The notes under the pieces: model-generated | Told to the model about the DNA's origin: nothing | Databases searched by the model: none | The model's input: only the letters and a program-made list of their open reading frames with translations | Shown here: positions 25,146 through 35,545 of the stretch, one piece after another | Numbering within the stretch: position 1 is the first letter of the stretch | Layout: each line of letters starts with the position of its first letter | From: Fistulifera solaris | Taxonomy: Eukaryota | Direction of reading: 5' to 3' | DNA: 64,000 bases | Assembly: GCA_030295235.1 (NCBI GenBank) | Contig: AP026137.1 | Location: 992,001 to 1,056,000 of the forward strand | Position numbers and translations under genes: made by a program

Positions 25146-27635
25146 TCAATCGATTATGTCAATTTGTAGTTCAGGAGACATCAATCCCTTCTTTTCGAAG
25201 TATGCTAAAACTCTCAACTCTCGCGGAGGAAGTATTTTGACAACACTATGCGCCCATAATACATTGGTAAAGGCTTGAGCACCAGTTTGCTCGGAACTAT
25301 CTATCACAATGGAAGTGAGATACTTGAACACTTCTTCGTCGCGAAAAGATAATTTGCCCAGTGAGAATAGTATACTTGCGGCTTCTTGCGGCGAAGGCTT
25401 TGCACGCACCCACTTGTCAGAGCTTGTAAAGCGCCGAGTCAGATCATAAACGGCTTCAGTCGTATCGCGCTTAATCCAAGAAAGTACTTTAAGGGCGTCA
25501 ACGATGTCCGGCGTTTCTAGATCGCGGGCAAGGTCTCGTGCACGACGAATAATGGGAAAGGCCAGGTTTGGATTGGGCAAATGCAACACAGCAAGTGCCC
25601 ACAACGATTGTTTGACATCGCTGATACTCATTTCAAGTGAGTGGATACCTAAATAATGAGCCATTTCAGTAGCAGCTTGTGCATACGGAAGCTCCTCGAA
25701 AAGCTGTTTTAAGTCGTCTTCCGAAATTTAATACACGAAAAAAGATTGAGCCAACGACCCAAACCCATACCCCAAAGACCGATAGAGCTTACTTACATCG
25801 CATCCTGCCACAAGCCATAAGCGTTTGTGCAACCTGGCGTACCGTAACTGTCTCATCGTTCTTACGAATACGATCGGCCATTTGAAAAAGGATCGTCGAA
25901 CACGCTCATTTCTTGCCCGTCGTAGCCTGCTTTCCCATAAGCATACAACGGGGGAGAGATGTCTGAAGCCGTCATGTTCAAAATGAGGAATCGGTCGCCC
26001 AACACCGAAGAAATTCGCGAAAAAGTTCATCGCGTTCAGCTTCATCGCCGGGATCATCCCACTCATCACTGAGTGAGAATAAATCAGTGAACCAGCCCAG
26101 TGCAAGACATGCTACCTTCGATGAGCAGCGAGATGACACGCCGGGATCAATGATGCGGTTCGCTAAAGCAAAAATTAAATTCTTATTGTACAATCGGAAT
26201 CGGTGCAAAATGAAAAGATAATGCTGAATCTGAGCACCGCTCAACTTCATGACAAAATCAGGCCTCTGGAGTAAATCAGCTAAGACTTTTTGAAAGGGCA
26301 GAATCAAGCTTTCACGAGAGTTATCGGAGAGATGAGGCTGTGCAAGCAAATCAGAGTCTGTTGCCGCTGCATCTCGAGTTTCCATTTCGGCAATAGACCT
26401 AGCAACACACCTCAAAACTTTGGTGACTACCCAGGGAGGAACTTCGCCGGACACTACGGTCGAATCATTTTGCAAAACGTGTCCGATATGACGAAAAATT
26501 GGGGTCATTTTGAACTTGGCTGAGAGCAAAGAGACATCCGACAATAATGCAAGTTCCAGAAGTGTCGACCGTTCAATCAAGTGCGCAGAGTTCGCCTCTA
26601 AAAGGTTTGTGATTCTTACGAAAAGCGGATTTTCTTGGTGCAAAGTCACCTCACGCGATATTACCCATAGCAAATGCGCTTCGGACGGACATACAGGATC
26701 GCTTTCGGCAATTTCGTAGAACTCCACGAGTTGGGCCATATATGAATAGCAGGTTAAACGAAGTACATCCGTCGAAGCTTTATCCCATCGAGGAGATAGA
26801 TCTAGTAGCTTTCGCATAACTTTAAGAAGCCTCACCAACATGTTTCGCTGCATTGTGCTTCGTATATCCGGTTCTCTTGCGCGTCGTAAAATCCATTTTA
26901 AAAGTACGAGATCGTGGTCTTGCAACTTCCGGTCCAGGTTGTCGAAACAAAGAATGATCTGCGCGATTTCAGCTTTCTTTATCCGAGCCACTGTGCTTTT
27001 CTGAGCGAGTTTCCTAGAAATGGCTTCGTAAAGTTCACTTTTGTACTCGCCAAGCATTGACATCATACGAAATACTTTACTACATCGATTCGGCCCTTGA
27101 GTAGCAACGAACTCCTTGCTGTGACCTGACAACTTGTAAAGCCACTTTTTCGCATAAGCCTTCAACTCAGTGTGGTTAAGTTCAGCCTTTTTAGAAAGAC
27201 CAGTCTTAACAAGATTTCCAAGCCACTCGCCATCGCATTAACTGGATAATCTTCTCGATCGTTTTCGATTTGTTCATCCATTGCAGCAAGTATCTTCTGC
27301 AAGAAAGCAATAGTTTGCGCGAATTGTTCTCTTTGTTGCTTTTCATCAGCAACGATCAGCTGTGTTGTACGTTTCCATGCTATGGCCGTCATATTCATAT
27401 GCTGTTGCAGTGCATCGACCCAGCGTTCTTCTAAAGAGTCAATCGTGTCGCATTCGTAAATGATACTGTATTCTACTCTCTCTGGTTTTTCGAACAAAGC
27501 AGTACGGCTACATCTTTGTTGTTGTGAAGGAAGAAACGTGAATTGTGTTACTTGAAAGGCTTCAGCATTGAAGGACAGCGAAGCCGTAGCTAGAAGATAG
27601 AAGGAGATCATACCAACCGAATTTTTAAAAACCAT
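25146..27635 (-). CDS. Plastid-targeted helical-repeat (OPR/HPR-like) protein, paralogue B
   Basis: Collinear with 16293-18775 (PSEAHLLW, TLLELALLSDV.LLSAKFK, LLQRPDFV, WDDPGD, RDEEVFKYL). Signal peptide ending AEA-F. Intron donor at the equivalent position (~25796). Confidence 0.7.
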
Positions 27636-28090
27636 CTTTCAACGAGAAAGTCCACTCTCCCACCGTCAAAATGAAAAGGAAATTAGTTGTCGTTGGCGTT
27701 ATGCATTGAAGTTTATGAAAGAAGGGTGCATAACATACGGTAAGAAATACCAGGTATCGTCCATTCGAATGTTGCGTTGAAATGCGACGAGAATGAAAGA
27801 AATTGATGCGAAGCGGCAACTCTCTGTTTGTCTTATACTGGTAGTTTGTCTTACTGGTAAAAAAGTAGGACTATAGCGCCAAATGTAAGAGTAAAATTCA
27901 ACGACTGAACTTCAGTCATTTATCTCGAACTATAATATAGTAGAGACTTCTATCGTCCTTTATATAAGGTTAATACTTTTCGTTGCCGCTCATTATTACA
28001 CATCGATTGATTAATTGACAATAGAAAGAGTCCATTGCGATAACTTTCCTTTCATTTCCATTCACAGCTCCGTAATAAAATAATCACAAA

Positions 28091-29395
28091 ATGGGAAAAC
28101 GCGGCGCTGAAAACAGCCAAATAAGCAAAGAAGATTACGAAGCGGCAGAGCGAGAGAGCGAAGCTCAGGATGAAGCACAGGGTCAAATGCATCGCGCCTC
28201 GGAAGATGAATTGCGGAAGCGACGCATTATCCGCGCCAAAAAAGATAACGGGAATAATCCTGTAGGAGCAGGGGCTTTTGCTGGGGTCAATTTGATCCCT
28301 GAGGCTCCTCGCACGGGCTTTTCGTTTTCATTATCGAATCATCCCGCTCCTGCGGGGAAGTGGAGCGCTTGGAGAATCAACGAAATGAAGACCTACTCAA
28401 GGCACACAAGGACATTGTTAGCGCGACTGATGCTTCTGAAAAGAACGGTTGATTTACAAGGCGATGCGTATCATTGGAAAATTCAAAAAGTCATTTATGA
28501 TGCCACGAAAAATACTCCTTCGGTGGCTTCTGACATTACTGCAGCAGCTCCTTCTGCCGGGACGTCAGCGGCTGCTCCTATGGCTGCTAGTACACTTGCT
28601 ACTACAAGCCCAGCTACATCGAATGGTGGATTCGCTTTTGGTGCCGCGACGACGCCAGCGGTGTCGTCCATCGCAGCTCCTTCCTCAAGTACTGGATTCT
28701 CGTTCGGTAAACCCGCTGCATCCTCTACTTCTCCTTCTTTAAGCGGCGGATTCTCCTTTGGCGCGGCCAGTCAACCCGCCGCATCCTCTACCACTCCTTC
28801 CTCGAGCGGTGGATTCTCGTTTGGCGCGGCCAGTCAACCCGCCGCATCCTCTACTACTCCTTCCTCGAGTGGTGGATTCTCGTTTGGTGCTCCCGCTACG
28901 CCTGCAACATCCAGTGCACTAACCTCACCCGTCAACAACACGACGACTTCTGCGATGGAGCCTGCTTCGAATGACGGTGAACCCAGTGATGAAATTCCGA
29001 CGACCCAAGCCGGAGCGGTTGTACAGCAAGTCGCCGATCCGGATTGGGATGACATTGGGAGCTTTGATCGTGTTACAATTTACCGTGACGATAATGGAAC
29101 ATGGACGCCTGTACTCCAGAAGACAACTTTGCGATTGCAAACATTCAAGACCGATTCCTCTCGTCATCGTATGATTGCTCGGACTATGATGGGTAAGGTG
29201 GCCGTGAACATGCGCATTCAATCGGGAATGGGATTCAAATATGCGGAAAAGCCCATCAAACGAGGACCTGTGGGGACGATTCTCTTTGTTGGGACCAACG
29301 ATGTTGAAAAAGGACCGGAAAAGTTCATGATCAAAGCTGGAGTCCCTGATGGAAAACAGTTGCAGGCGAAGCTGGACGAATTGTGCTCTAAATGA
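28091..29395 (+). CDS. NUP50: Nucleoporin NUP50/Nup2-like FG-repeat protein
   Basis: N-terminal MGKRGAENSQISKEDYE...RASEDELRKRRIIRAKK (NUP50 motif), GGFSFG repeats and a C-terminal Ran-binding-like domain. Confidence 0.75.
   Translation: MGKRGAENSQISKEDYEAAERESEAQDEAQGQMHRASEDELRKRRIIRAKKDNGNNPVGAGAFAGVNLIPEAPRTGFSFSLSNHPAPAGKWSAWRINEMKTYSRHTRTLLARLMLLKRTVDLQGDAYHWKIQKVIYDATKNTPSVASDITAAAPSAGTSAAAPMAASTLATTSPATSNGGFAFGAATTPAVSSIAAPSSSTGFSFGKPAASSTSPSLSGGFSFGAASQPAASSTTPSSSGGFSFGAASQPAASSTTPSSSGGFSFGAPATPATSSALTSPVNNTTTSAMEPASNDGEPSDEIPTTQAGAVVQQVADPDWDDIGSFDRVTIYRDDNGTWTPVLQKTTLRLQTFKTDSSRHRMIARTMMGKVAVNMRIQSGMGFKYAEKPIKRGPVGTILFVGTNDVEKGPEKFMIKAGVPDGKQLQAKLDELCSK
28715..28890 (+). repeat. 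63-bp coding tandem repeat (PAASSTTPSSSGGFSFGAASQ) in the nucleoporin
   Basis: GGATTCTCNTTTGG at ~28748, 28811 and 28874 (period 63). Confidence 0.85.
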
Positions 29396-29550
29396 GCGGG
29401 CCGCTTCCTCTACATCAAATATAGCACCCTTCGATCGAATGCATGCTTCTCACAATGTGCGCACTTGGACGCTAGTATGACAAATTCACTAGTAAACTTA
29501 CAGTGTGCTTGATAATCGATACGTAATGAATCAATACCCTTTGATTGTAT

Positions 29551-30599
29551 TTATAATGAAGGCTTGGGCGCAAAAAAGTCGGTAATAGGACGACCTTGTG
29601 GCTTGCCATTGGGCTTGGCAGCCTTACTGTTTCCTTTGGCGTTTTGTTGTTGCGCTGCCGCCGCAGAACGCGCCAAATCCTGAATATCCTCCCGCAAAAG
29701 AGAAATTGCTCGCGTGTATTGCAAACAGTTGCCACGTCGTCCGGAACTAGCTTGCGTCTATTTTGAATTTGTGCTACTTTGACCGTCTCGCGGCCCAACT
29801 GCGACAAGGCCAATTCCGCCGCTTTGCAAACGAGCAAGAGAGCTTCCTTGGACAAATTCTTGACTTCTGGATCTAGTTTGCATATTTTGCGAATGCGTGC
29901 CGCGGGAAAGGTGAGTGCATTTGGGTCGGATGTGTGGTTGGCGGCGGTGGGTTCTTCGACAACACCACCCGCGTCTTTCCAGGCTTGCATCTCTTTGGCT
30001 ACTTGTTCTCGTTCGGCCGTTGCTTTGTCTTGATAAATCTTTTTCTCGTCTGCCGACAAGCTATTCCATAGTTGCCCTATCAATTTGGCCATACCTGCGA
30101 CACCCACTCCCGTATTCTAGTCGAAAGAAAGAAAAGGGGTGATAATAAGGAGAGGTGAGATGAAACAATTAGCGTGAAGAAATCTTTCTCTGCAGTAGTA
30201 ACTCATACCCACCTGCTTTTGCAATTCAGGGCGCTTTTCTTCGGCAAAAATAAAGTAAGCAGTCCGAGCTCTTTTGACTGGTTTTCGGGGAACAACTGGT
30301 GGCGTGGACGAAGTGTCTACCGATAACGGATGGTCATTGCCCGCAGGGTTTTGTGGTTGCTCGTCTCCTTTGTCGTCGAACAGAGGTTCCTCGTCTGCTT
30401 CTTTCGGTGTTGAATGTTCCTCGATTTGAGGTTCTAAGTCATTTTTGTGGTGATTGAGTGAGGACTCATCCTCCCAATGTTCCGGAGCAGGGCGCTTTTT
30501 CTCTGGAGATGAAGATGACGATGCCTCCGTCTCGTCGACGGTCAATTCCTTTTCGTTCTCCTTCTCATCAACAGCTACGTTAGTTTCCGTTTCTTTCAT
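29551..30599 (-). CDS. HMG-box plus histone-fold (NF-YC/DPB3/POLE4-like) protein, one intron
   Basis: KRARTAYFIFAEEKRPEL | GVAGMAKLIGQLWNSLSADEKKIYQDKA forms an HMG box across an intron at ~30118-30212. FPAARIRKICKLDPEVKNLSKEALLLVCKAAE is a histone fold. A frameshift near 29695 restores the C-terminus ...GRPITDFFAPKPSL*. Confidence 0.8.
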
Positions 30600-30926
30600 G
30601 ACTTCGGTGCTTTCTTTGACTTGAGCTATATTTGTTTTTGTTGAGGTAATAACTGGTGATACTCTATACTTTGGTCGAAAGATTCGTTTCCCTCATCTTT
30701 TGTTTTCTTGCAGCGAGCAACATAGTGCGCGAAGAGGCGGACGATTTCGCGTGGTGCGCCGGAATGGACAATGGACACACCAGACTACAATTTGTCTTAC
30801 ACAAGAACGCCCACCGAACCCCAACGGATTGGCGGTGTTGCATCCCTTTTCTTTTTCTCCCTCCAACCCCGTACGTTTCCTTGCCTACCGTATTTGCTTC
30901 GTATCAAGAAGGCAATCATCGCTGTC

Positions 30927-31229
30927 GATTTGAAAACAAAACGTTGATGGAAAGAGTAATGCAACGGTTAGAAATGTCTACGTAATGTCTACGTAATATC
31001 ACGTAGGCCTCGTAGGGAAATTTATCGACAGAGGGCGAACCCGGATTTTGTGTAGTCTCGATTCTCGATCACACCATTATTAACGTCTTTTGAACACCCA
31101 CGTCAACGATAGCCGCAAACGATTTGAAAACAAAACGTTGATGGAAAGAGTAATGCAACGGTTCGAAATGTCTACGTAATATCACGTAGGCCTCGTAGGG
31201 AAATTTATCGACAGAGGGGGAACCCGGAT
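30927..31229 (-). repeat. Two tandem copies (~194-bp period) of the dispersed CTACGTG/CACGTAG-dyad repeat
   Basis: GATTTGAAAACAAAACGTTGATGG...CGTAGGGAAATTTATCGACAGAGGG..AACCCGGAT at 30927 and 31121; reverse complement of ~52003-52110. Confidence 0.85.
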
Positions 31230-31427
31230 GCGAACAATTTGAACGGAAAACGCCGGCCCTGCGTCAACGACACTCTGCGAGATGCGCGCGCAGCGGACGT
31301 GAGTTTTTAGGACTACGATGAATAATACTTGCATCCGTCGCTTGCGAGATTGCTATTGTAGTAAATACTTTGTATCGAGCTGCAAGCACTTATTTTCTTG
31401 TTAACTAAAAGAACTGAAGAAAGGAGA

Positions 31428-33044
31428 ATGCCTTCAAGCTCCAGCGTCCCTCCAAAGAAACGGAAATACGTCGAAGACGAATCGCCCTTTTCATCCAAGC
31501 AGCCGAAAGATGTCATTGATATGCTTTCTTTGCAATCTTCCCCATCTTCTAGTACAAACAGTGATTCGTCCAGCGGAACCGAAGAGTCGACTTTAGGAAG
31601 TTCTTTCTCTCCGAATATGGCGACTCTTGTGGATACACAAGCCTTGACAGCTGCGAGTCCGGATTTTCAAACGCAGAACAGCTTCGTCGTCGATTTGAAC
31701 ACCACCAGCAATCAACAAAATCATTCTTCGAAAACCAAAGAGACGCCCGCGTTTACTTTAACACGTATGCCTACGACGACGACTGCGAGAAACAACAAGA
31801 AGAAGCAGACACCCCGACGGCAGTCGCCGCGTCACAGGAAGATTTCGATTTCACCAGTGCAAGAAACCACTGTAGAAGAATCTTTGCAAATACGCATCCT
31901 TTCCGAGAGCCAACCTCCTCCGTCGAACAAGAAAGGAAAGTCTATCGACAATCCAGTGGTTGTTGACACACTTAAGGCAAAGCAACAAGAAGAAGATCAA
32001 ACCCAAAAGAAACAAACATCGCAAGGGTCTCAAAGCACATCCAAAGCAACCAACACGTCGAATGCGAAGGCGGCTGATGTCAAAGAGCGCGCAACGATAT
32101 CAACGGACGAAGCCAACGCTTTCAAGAAAAACGACAAAGAATCGGTAAACAAGAAGAAGCGTCCTCTTTCAGACAATGAAACCTCCAAAGCGTCGACAAC
32201 AACGGCAACGCCTTTCCCCGAATCCAAAGGAGCAAATAAGGCAGGTACGAAGAAAACAGCACCGGCACCCGTTCAGACAGAAGTAGAATTCGTTCCTCAG
32301 GGCAAAGAGAACGTCCCCACAATGCCGAAGAAAACAACCACCAACACAGCTCCACCTGCCGAAGACGCGAAACCTCAACAGAAAAAGAAGAAACTCACCT
32401 TCCAAGATCAAGTCTTCCAGCATATGATGTTCTCGTACAAGCCATTTTCGTTAAAATCGTTGGCACAAGAACTCAAAACGACCGAAGCGGCTTTGAACTT
32501 TCTCATGCTTTCTTTAATCGATAAAAACCTCGTGGTGAAGAAAGAATTCTCCAACAGCAACAACACGAAAAGCAAGGAACTGTATTGGGTCAACTACGGC
32601 ACCAAAGCCAAAGAACTACAATCGCATCTGGCTACGGCGTCAGAGATTCAGACAACGCAGCAAGAACACGATGCGTTGGTTCAAGAACTCTCGCAAACCC
32701 AGAGCATGTTGGCTGCACTGAAAGGAGATGGACCTTCCAATCAGGATTTGACACGGCACTTAGAGGAAGCGGAGAATCAATTTCAAAAGCTTCAATCCGA
32801 GTTGATTCAGTTAAAAGGACGGATTCAAGATATGCGTGGTTCGAAAGAACAGAATAACCCCAAGCGTTTGAAACAAAGTATCAACCACATGCGCGACATC
32901 TGGAAGAAACGACGCGATCAGTGCAATGATTTCATTGAGCAACTGGCCGATGGAATGGAAAAGAAACCGAAAGAAGTGATCAAGCTTTTAGAGGTGGAGA
33001 TGGATGGAGATATCCAGATGCCTACGAAGTACAAACTTGAGTAG
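31428..33044 (+). CDS. HOP2: HOP2/TBPIP-like protein with a long disordered N-terminus
   Basis: Winged helix QVFQHMMFSYKPFSLKSLAQEL..LIDKNLVVKKEF..KELYWVN, a coiled coil, and C-terminal WKKRRDQCNDFIEQLADGMEKKPKEVIKLLEVEMD, as in the HOP2/MND1 family. Confidence 0.65.
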   Translation: MPSSSSVPPKKRKYVEDESPFSSKQPKDVIDMLSLQSSPSSSTNSDSSSGTEESTLGSSFSPNMATLVDTQALTAASPDFQTQNSFVVDLNTTSNQQNHSSKTKETPAFTLTRMPTTTTARNNKKKQTPRRQSPRHRKISISPVQETTVEESLQIRILSESQPPPSNKKGKSIDNPVVVDTLKAKQQEEDQTQKKQTSQGSQSTSKATNTSNAKAADVKERATISTDEANAFKKNDKESVNKKKRPLSDNETSKASTTTATPFPESKGANKAGTKKTAPAPVQTEVEFVPQGKENVPTMPKKTTTNTAPPAEDAKPQQKKKKLTFQDQVFQHMMFSYKPFSLKSLAQELKTTEAALNFLMLSLIDKNLVVKKEFSNSNNTKSKELYWVNYGTKAKELQSHLATASEIQTTQQEHDALVQELSQTQSMLAALKGDGPSNQDLTRHLEEAENQFQKLQSELIQLKGRIQDMRGSKEQNNPKRLKQSINHMRDIWKKRRDQCNDFIEQLADGMEKKPKEVIKLLEVEMDGDIQMPTKYKLE

Positions 33045-33126
33045 GATGTGGTAGTCGTTCATGGCGTTAACACATGAACAAAAATCAGATTATCTTTTCT
33101 TTATTAAGTGAATAGCATTTTTATGA

Positions 33127-34206
33127 TCATCCTTCCAATTGAATATTCAATAGAACTTGTTTGACTTCAAATCGATCGGGATCTGAGTTGTAATCCGTGT
33201 CCATGTAATAGTCATCGACGGTCGAAGAGGGTCCTAAAATACTTTGTACGGCCCACTTTCCCAAGTTAGGATACAACCGGAATCCCTGTTCTTGCAGTAA
33301 CAATTGTGATCCCAGTGTAATATCACCATTCAAAGCCAGTGTCCAAATCAAATCATCCGCATCATCTCGCCAATCTTGTATTTGTTCTAAAGTCGGACGC
33401 GCGTGTTCGACTTGAGCCGCCCACCCCGTTTGTACGAGTGCTGTTCCGAATCGATCCAGGGCCTTCAGTATGTCCTCTAACGATGATTCTTGTAGAGGGA
33501 CTGGTAGTTGAAGCAATCGTAGGACTTCATTCCCAATACGGTTTTGGTATTGCTTGAGAAAGTCAGGGAATTTGAAATCCTCGTTGTTTTTGTTATCGAG
33601 TTGGATTAACAGATCGGAATAGGCTTTGTAATGAACATAGAGGTCGAAATTGAATTGCTGTGCAAGATTCTCCGGCGAATAAGAAGCGGATCGAACAAAA
33701 GCCGGTTTGACCGTATTCTGGACTGTTTGAATTTGTTGCGTAAGTTGTGTGGAAGTAAGAAAAGGCCGCATCATTTCGAGAAATATTTCATCACTGCATT
33801 TCAAAACACGAGGAGCTAACGTCGGATCAAGAGGCAAAGGATCCGGAATAACCAAAGGCTTTGGTCGATCCGGTCGTTGAGATCGTTCTTTTCCTAATTG
33901 AAAACGATCGGAAAATTGTTCCCATTTTCCATCCAAACGATCCATCGTTTGCGCTCCTTGCACGACGGATCGTCGAACGGCAATGCCTAAATCCGATTGC
34001 GTCACGGCTTTGGTAATTCGCGCTCCTACTTCTCCCGCATGTGCCGTAGTTGGCGATGATAGCACGATAGTTGTAGTGGTGGCTTGAAGCCAACGTCGGC
34101 GTGTAGATAGTTGCGAATGGAGCGCGTCACACGGTCTCCCACCGTATAGGATGAGACATGGAATGAATAGGCGCGTCCAGAAGGACTTTTGTAACTTCAT
34201 CTTCAA
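33127..34206 (-). CDS. Hypothetical thylakoid-lumen protein (Tat signal)
   Basis: Signal peptide followed by STRRRWLQATTTTIVLSSPTTAHA; intact 359-aa ORF. Confidence 0.7.
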   Translation of the reverse strand: MKMKLQKSFWTRLFIPCLILYGGRPCDALHSQLSTRRRWLQATTTTIVLSSPTTAHAGEVGARITKAVTQSDLGIAVRRSVVQGAQTMDRLDGKWEQFSDRFQLGKERSQRPDRPKPLVIPDPLPLDPTLAPRVLKCSDEIFLEMMRPFLTSTQLTQQIQTVQNTVKPAFVRSASYSPENLAQQFNFDLYVHYKAYSDLLIQLDNKNNEDFKFPDFLKQYQNRIGNEVLRLLQLPVPLQESSLEDILKALDRFGTALVQTGWAAQVEHARPTLEQIQDWRDDADDLIWTLALNGDITLGSQLLLQEQGFRLYPNLGKWAVQSILGPSSTVDDYYMDTDYNSDPDRFEVKQVLLNIQLEG

Positions 34207-34271
34207 GATGAATGGTAAAAAAAATAATGATAGTTATGTGAAAACACACCACATAGGTATCCACCGCCCAT

Positions 34272-34445
34272 CGCGTCTCCAGAAAATGTGGGCTGTCGGT
34301 TTTCACCTCTCCAGAAAATGTGGGCGCGTGGTATCTTCACGTTCCCAGAAAATGTGGGGGTGTGATATTTTTCACGTCTCCAGAAAATGTGGAGGTGTGT
34401 TATTTGCACGTACGGTACGGTACCCAGAAAATGTGGGGGTGTGGT
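34272..34445 (+). repeat. Array of five ~33-bp units with core CACGTYYCCAGAAAATGTGGG (copy 1)
   Basis: CCAGAAAATGTGG at 34279, 34311, 34345, 34380 and 34424. Confidence 0.9.
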
Positions 34446-34691
34446 GTTCTCCGTGTCATCATCCGCCGCCCCGCCGCTGTGTGACGTGTTCGTCTTTTTC
34501 CCGCCCTTATTTTCTCTCATTTTCTCGTTCGCTCGCCTCACGTCTCAACAACGAGAACAACACGTCGTCATCGTTGCATCCTCGAGAACATCGAAGTAAA
34601 AAGAGAGAAACTTCATCGTCTCTCCTTCTCAAAAACTTATTCGAGTGCCTTTTCTTCATTGGTTCTAATCTCCTCTTCCGCGAGAACTACC

Positions 34692-35060
34692 ATGAAATCA
34701 GGAGCATGCTTCTTATTGTCTGTCGCTCTGCTTTCGATTACTTTCTCGAATGTGTTTACCTTCACCGCACCTCGACGTCATTATCGACAACGCTCTCACC
34801 TCTTCATGACGAACGACATTCAAAGAGTCGAAGTGTGCGCCGGCAAGGATTGCAAGCGCAGTGGAGGTGGTCCTCGTCTCGAGAAACTCATTCAACAAGT
34901 TGTCGAAGAAGAGGGTCGTTCGAATACGACAGTCGAACGATGTTACTGTCAAGGAGAATGCGGTTACGGACCGAATATCTTGGTCGACGACAAACTCATC
35001 AACAATGTTCGTGGTCGCGATGCGGTGTTGCAAGCACTGGGACTCGCACAAGAGGCCTAA
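34692..35060 (+). CDS. Plastid-targeted thioredoxin-like [2Fe-2S] ferredoxin
   Basis: VEVCAGKDCKRSGG...CYCQGECGYGPNILVD (Cx4C...Cx3C.GP). Signal peptide MKSGACFLLSVALLSITFSNVFT-F. Confidence 0.8.
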   Translation: MKSGACFLLSVALLSITFSNVFTFTAPRRHYRQRSHLFMTNDIQRVEVCAGKDCKRSGGGPRLEKLIQQVVEEEGRSNTTVERCYCQGECGYGPNILVDDKLINNVRGRDAVLQALGLAQEA

Positions 35061-35497
35061 TGTTGCTGTTTCTTTGTTTGGTGTCTTTCTTGAAAGTGGA
35101 AGGATTTGTGGTTGTGCGGTCGTCTTCAACATGGAAGACACTTTGTTGGTTGACCGAAAAAGCAGAAGATGAATTTGAGCAAGAGCTGGGTGAGATTGTT
35201 AACGAGGATGCGGGTGGTGTAGTAGTGGAAGATTTATTGTGGAGAGTCGAGAGACTTCGTCTGGAGGAACAAAATACGAAGCGTTTCTTAAAGGCTGGGC
35301 CTCGATTTTTGCCTTATGATGAATGCCGGAAATGGGTACAAGCTTGGAATCGATGGGATTGCGAAGAAGATTGGAAGAACTGGATTGCTATGGGCGAGAA
35401 ACGAAATCCGTATATACCTAGTGAGCCCGATCTGTATTACGGTAGATTAGGTGAATGGATCTCTTGGGAGCACTTTTTAGGTAAGGAGGACATATGA
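35060..35497 (+). CDS. Plastid-targeted small protein with a Trp-rich 'integrase-repeat unit'-like domain
   Basis: ATG at 35060 overlaps the upstream TAA. Signal peptide MLLFLCLVSFLKVEG-F. C-terminal FLPYDECRKWVQ..W..W...IPSEPDLYY...WISWEHFLG. Confidence 0.7.
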   Translation: MLLFLCLVSFLKVEGFVVVRSSSTWKTLCWLTEKAEDEFEQELGEIVNEDAGGVVVEDLLWRVERLRLEEQNTKRFLKAGPRFLPYDECRKWVQAWNRWDCEEDWKNWIAMGEKRNPYIPSEPDLYYGRLGEWISWEHFLGKEDI

Positions 35498-35545
35498 TAG
35501 TAGAAAAGAGTAGTAGTGTTAATGATGAAAAGATCACCGACCCTA

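Noticed and set aside
34151..35059. 448-aa ORF 34151-35497 as a single gene
   Set aside because: Its 5' part runs through the repeat array and overlaps the ferredoxin in another frame; only the part from ATG 35060 looks like a real protein.
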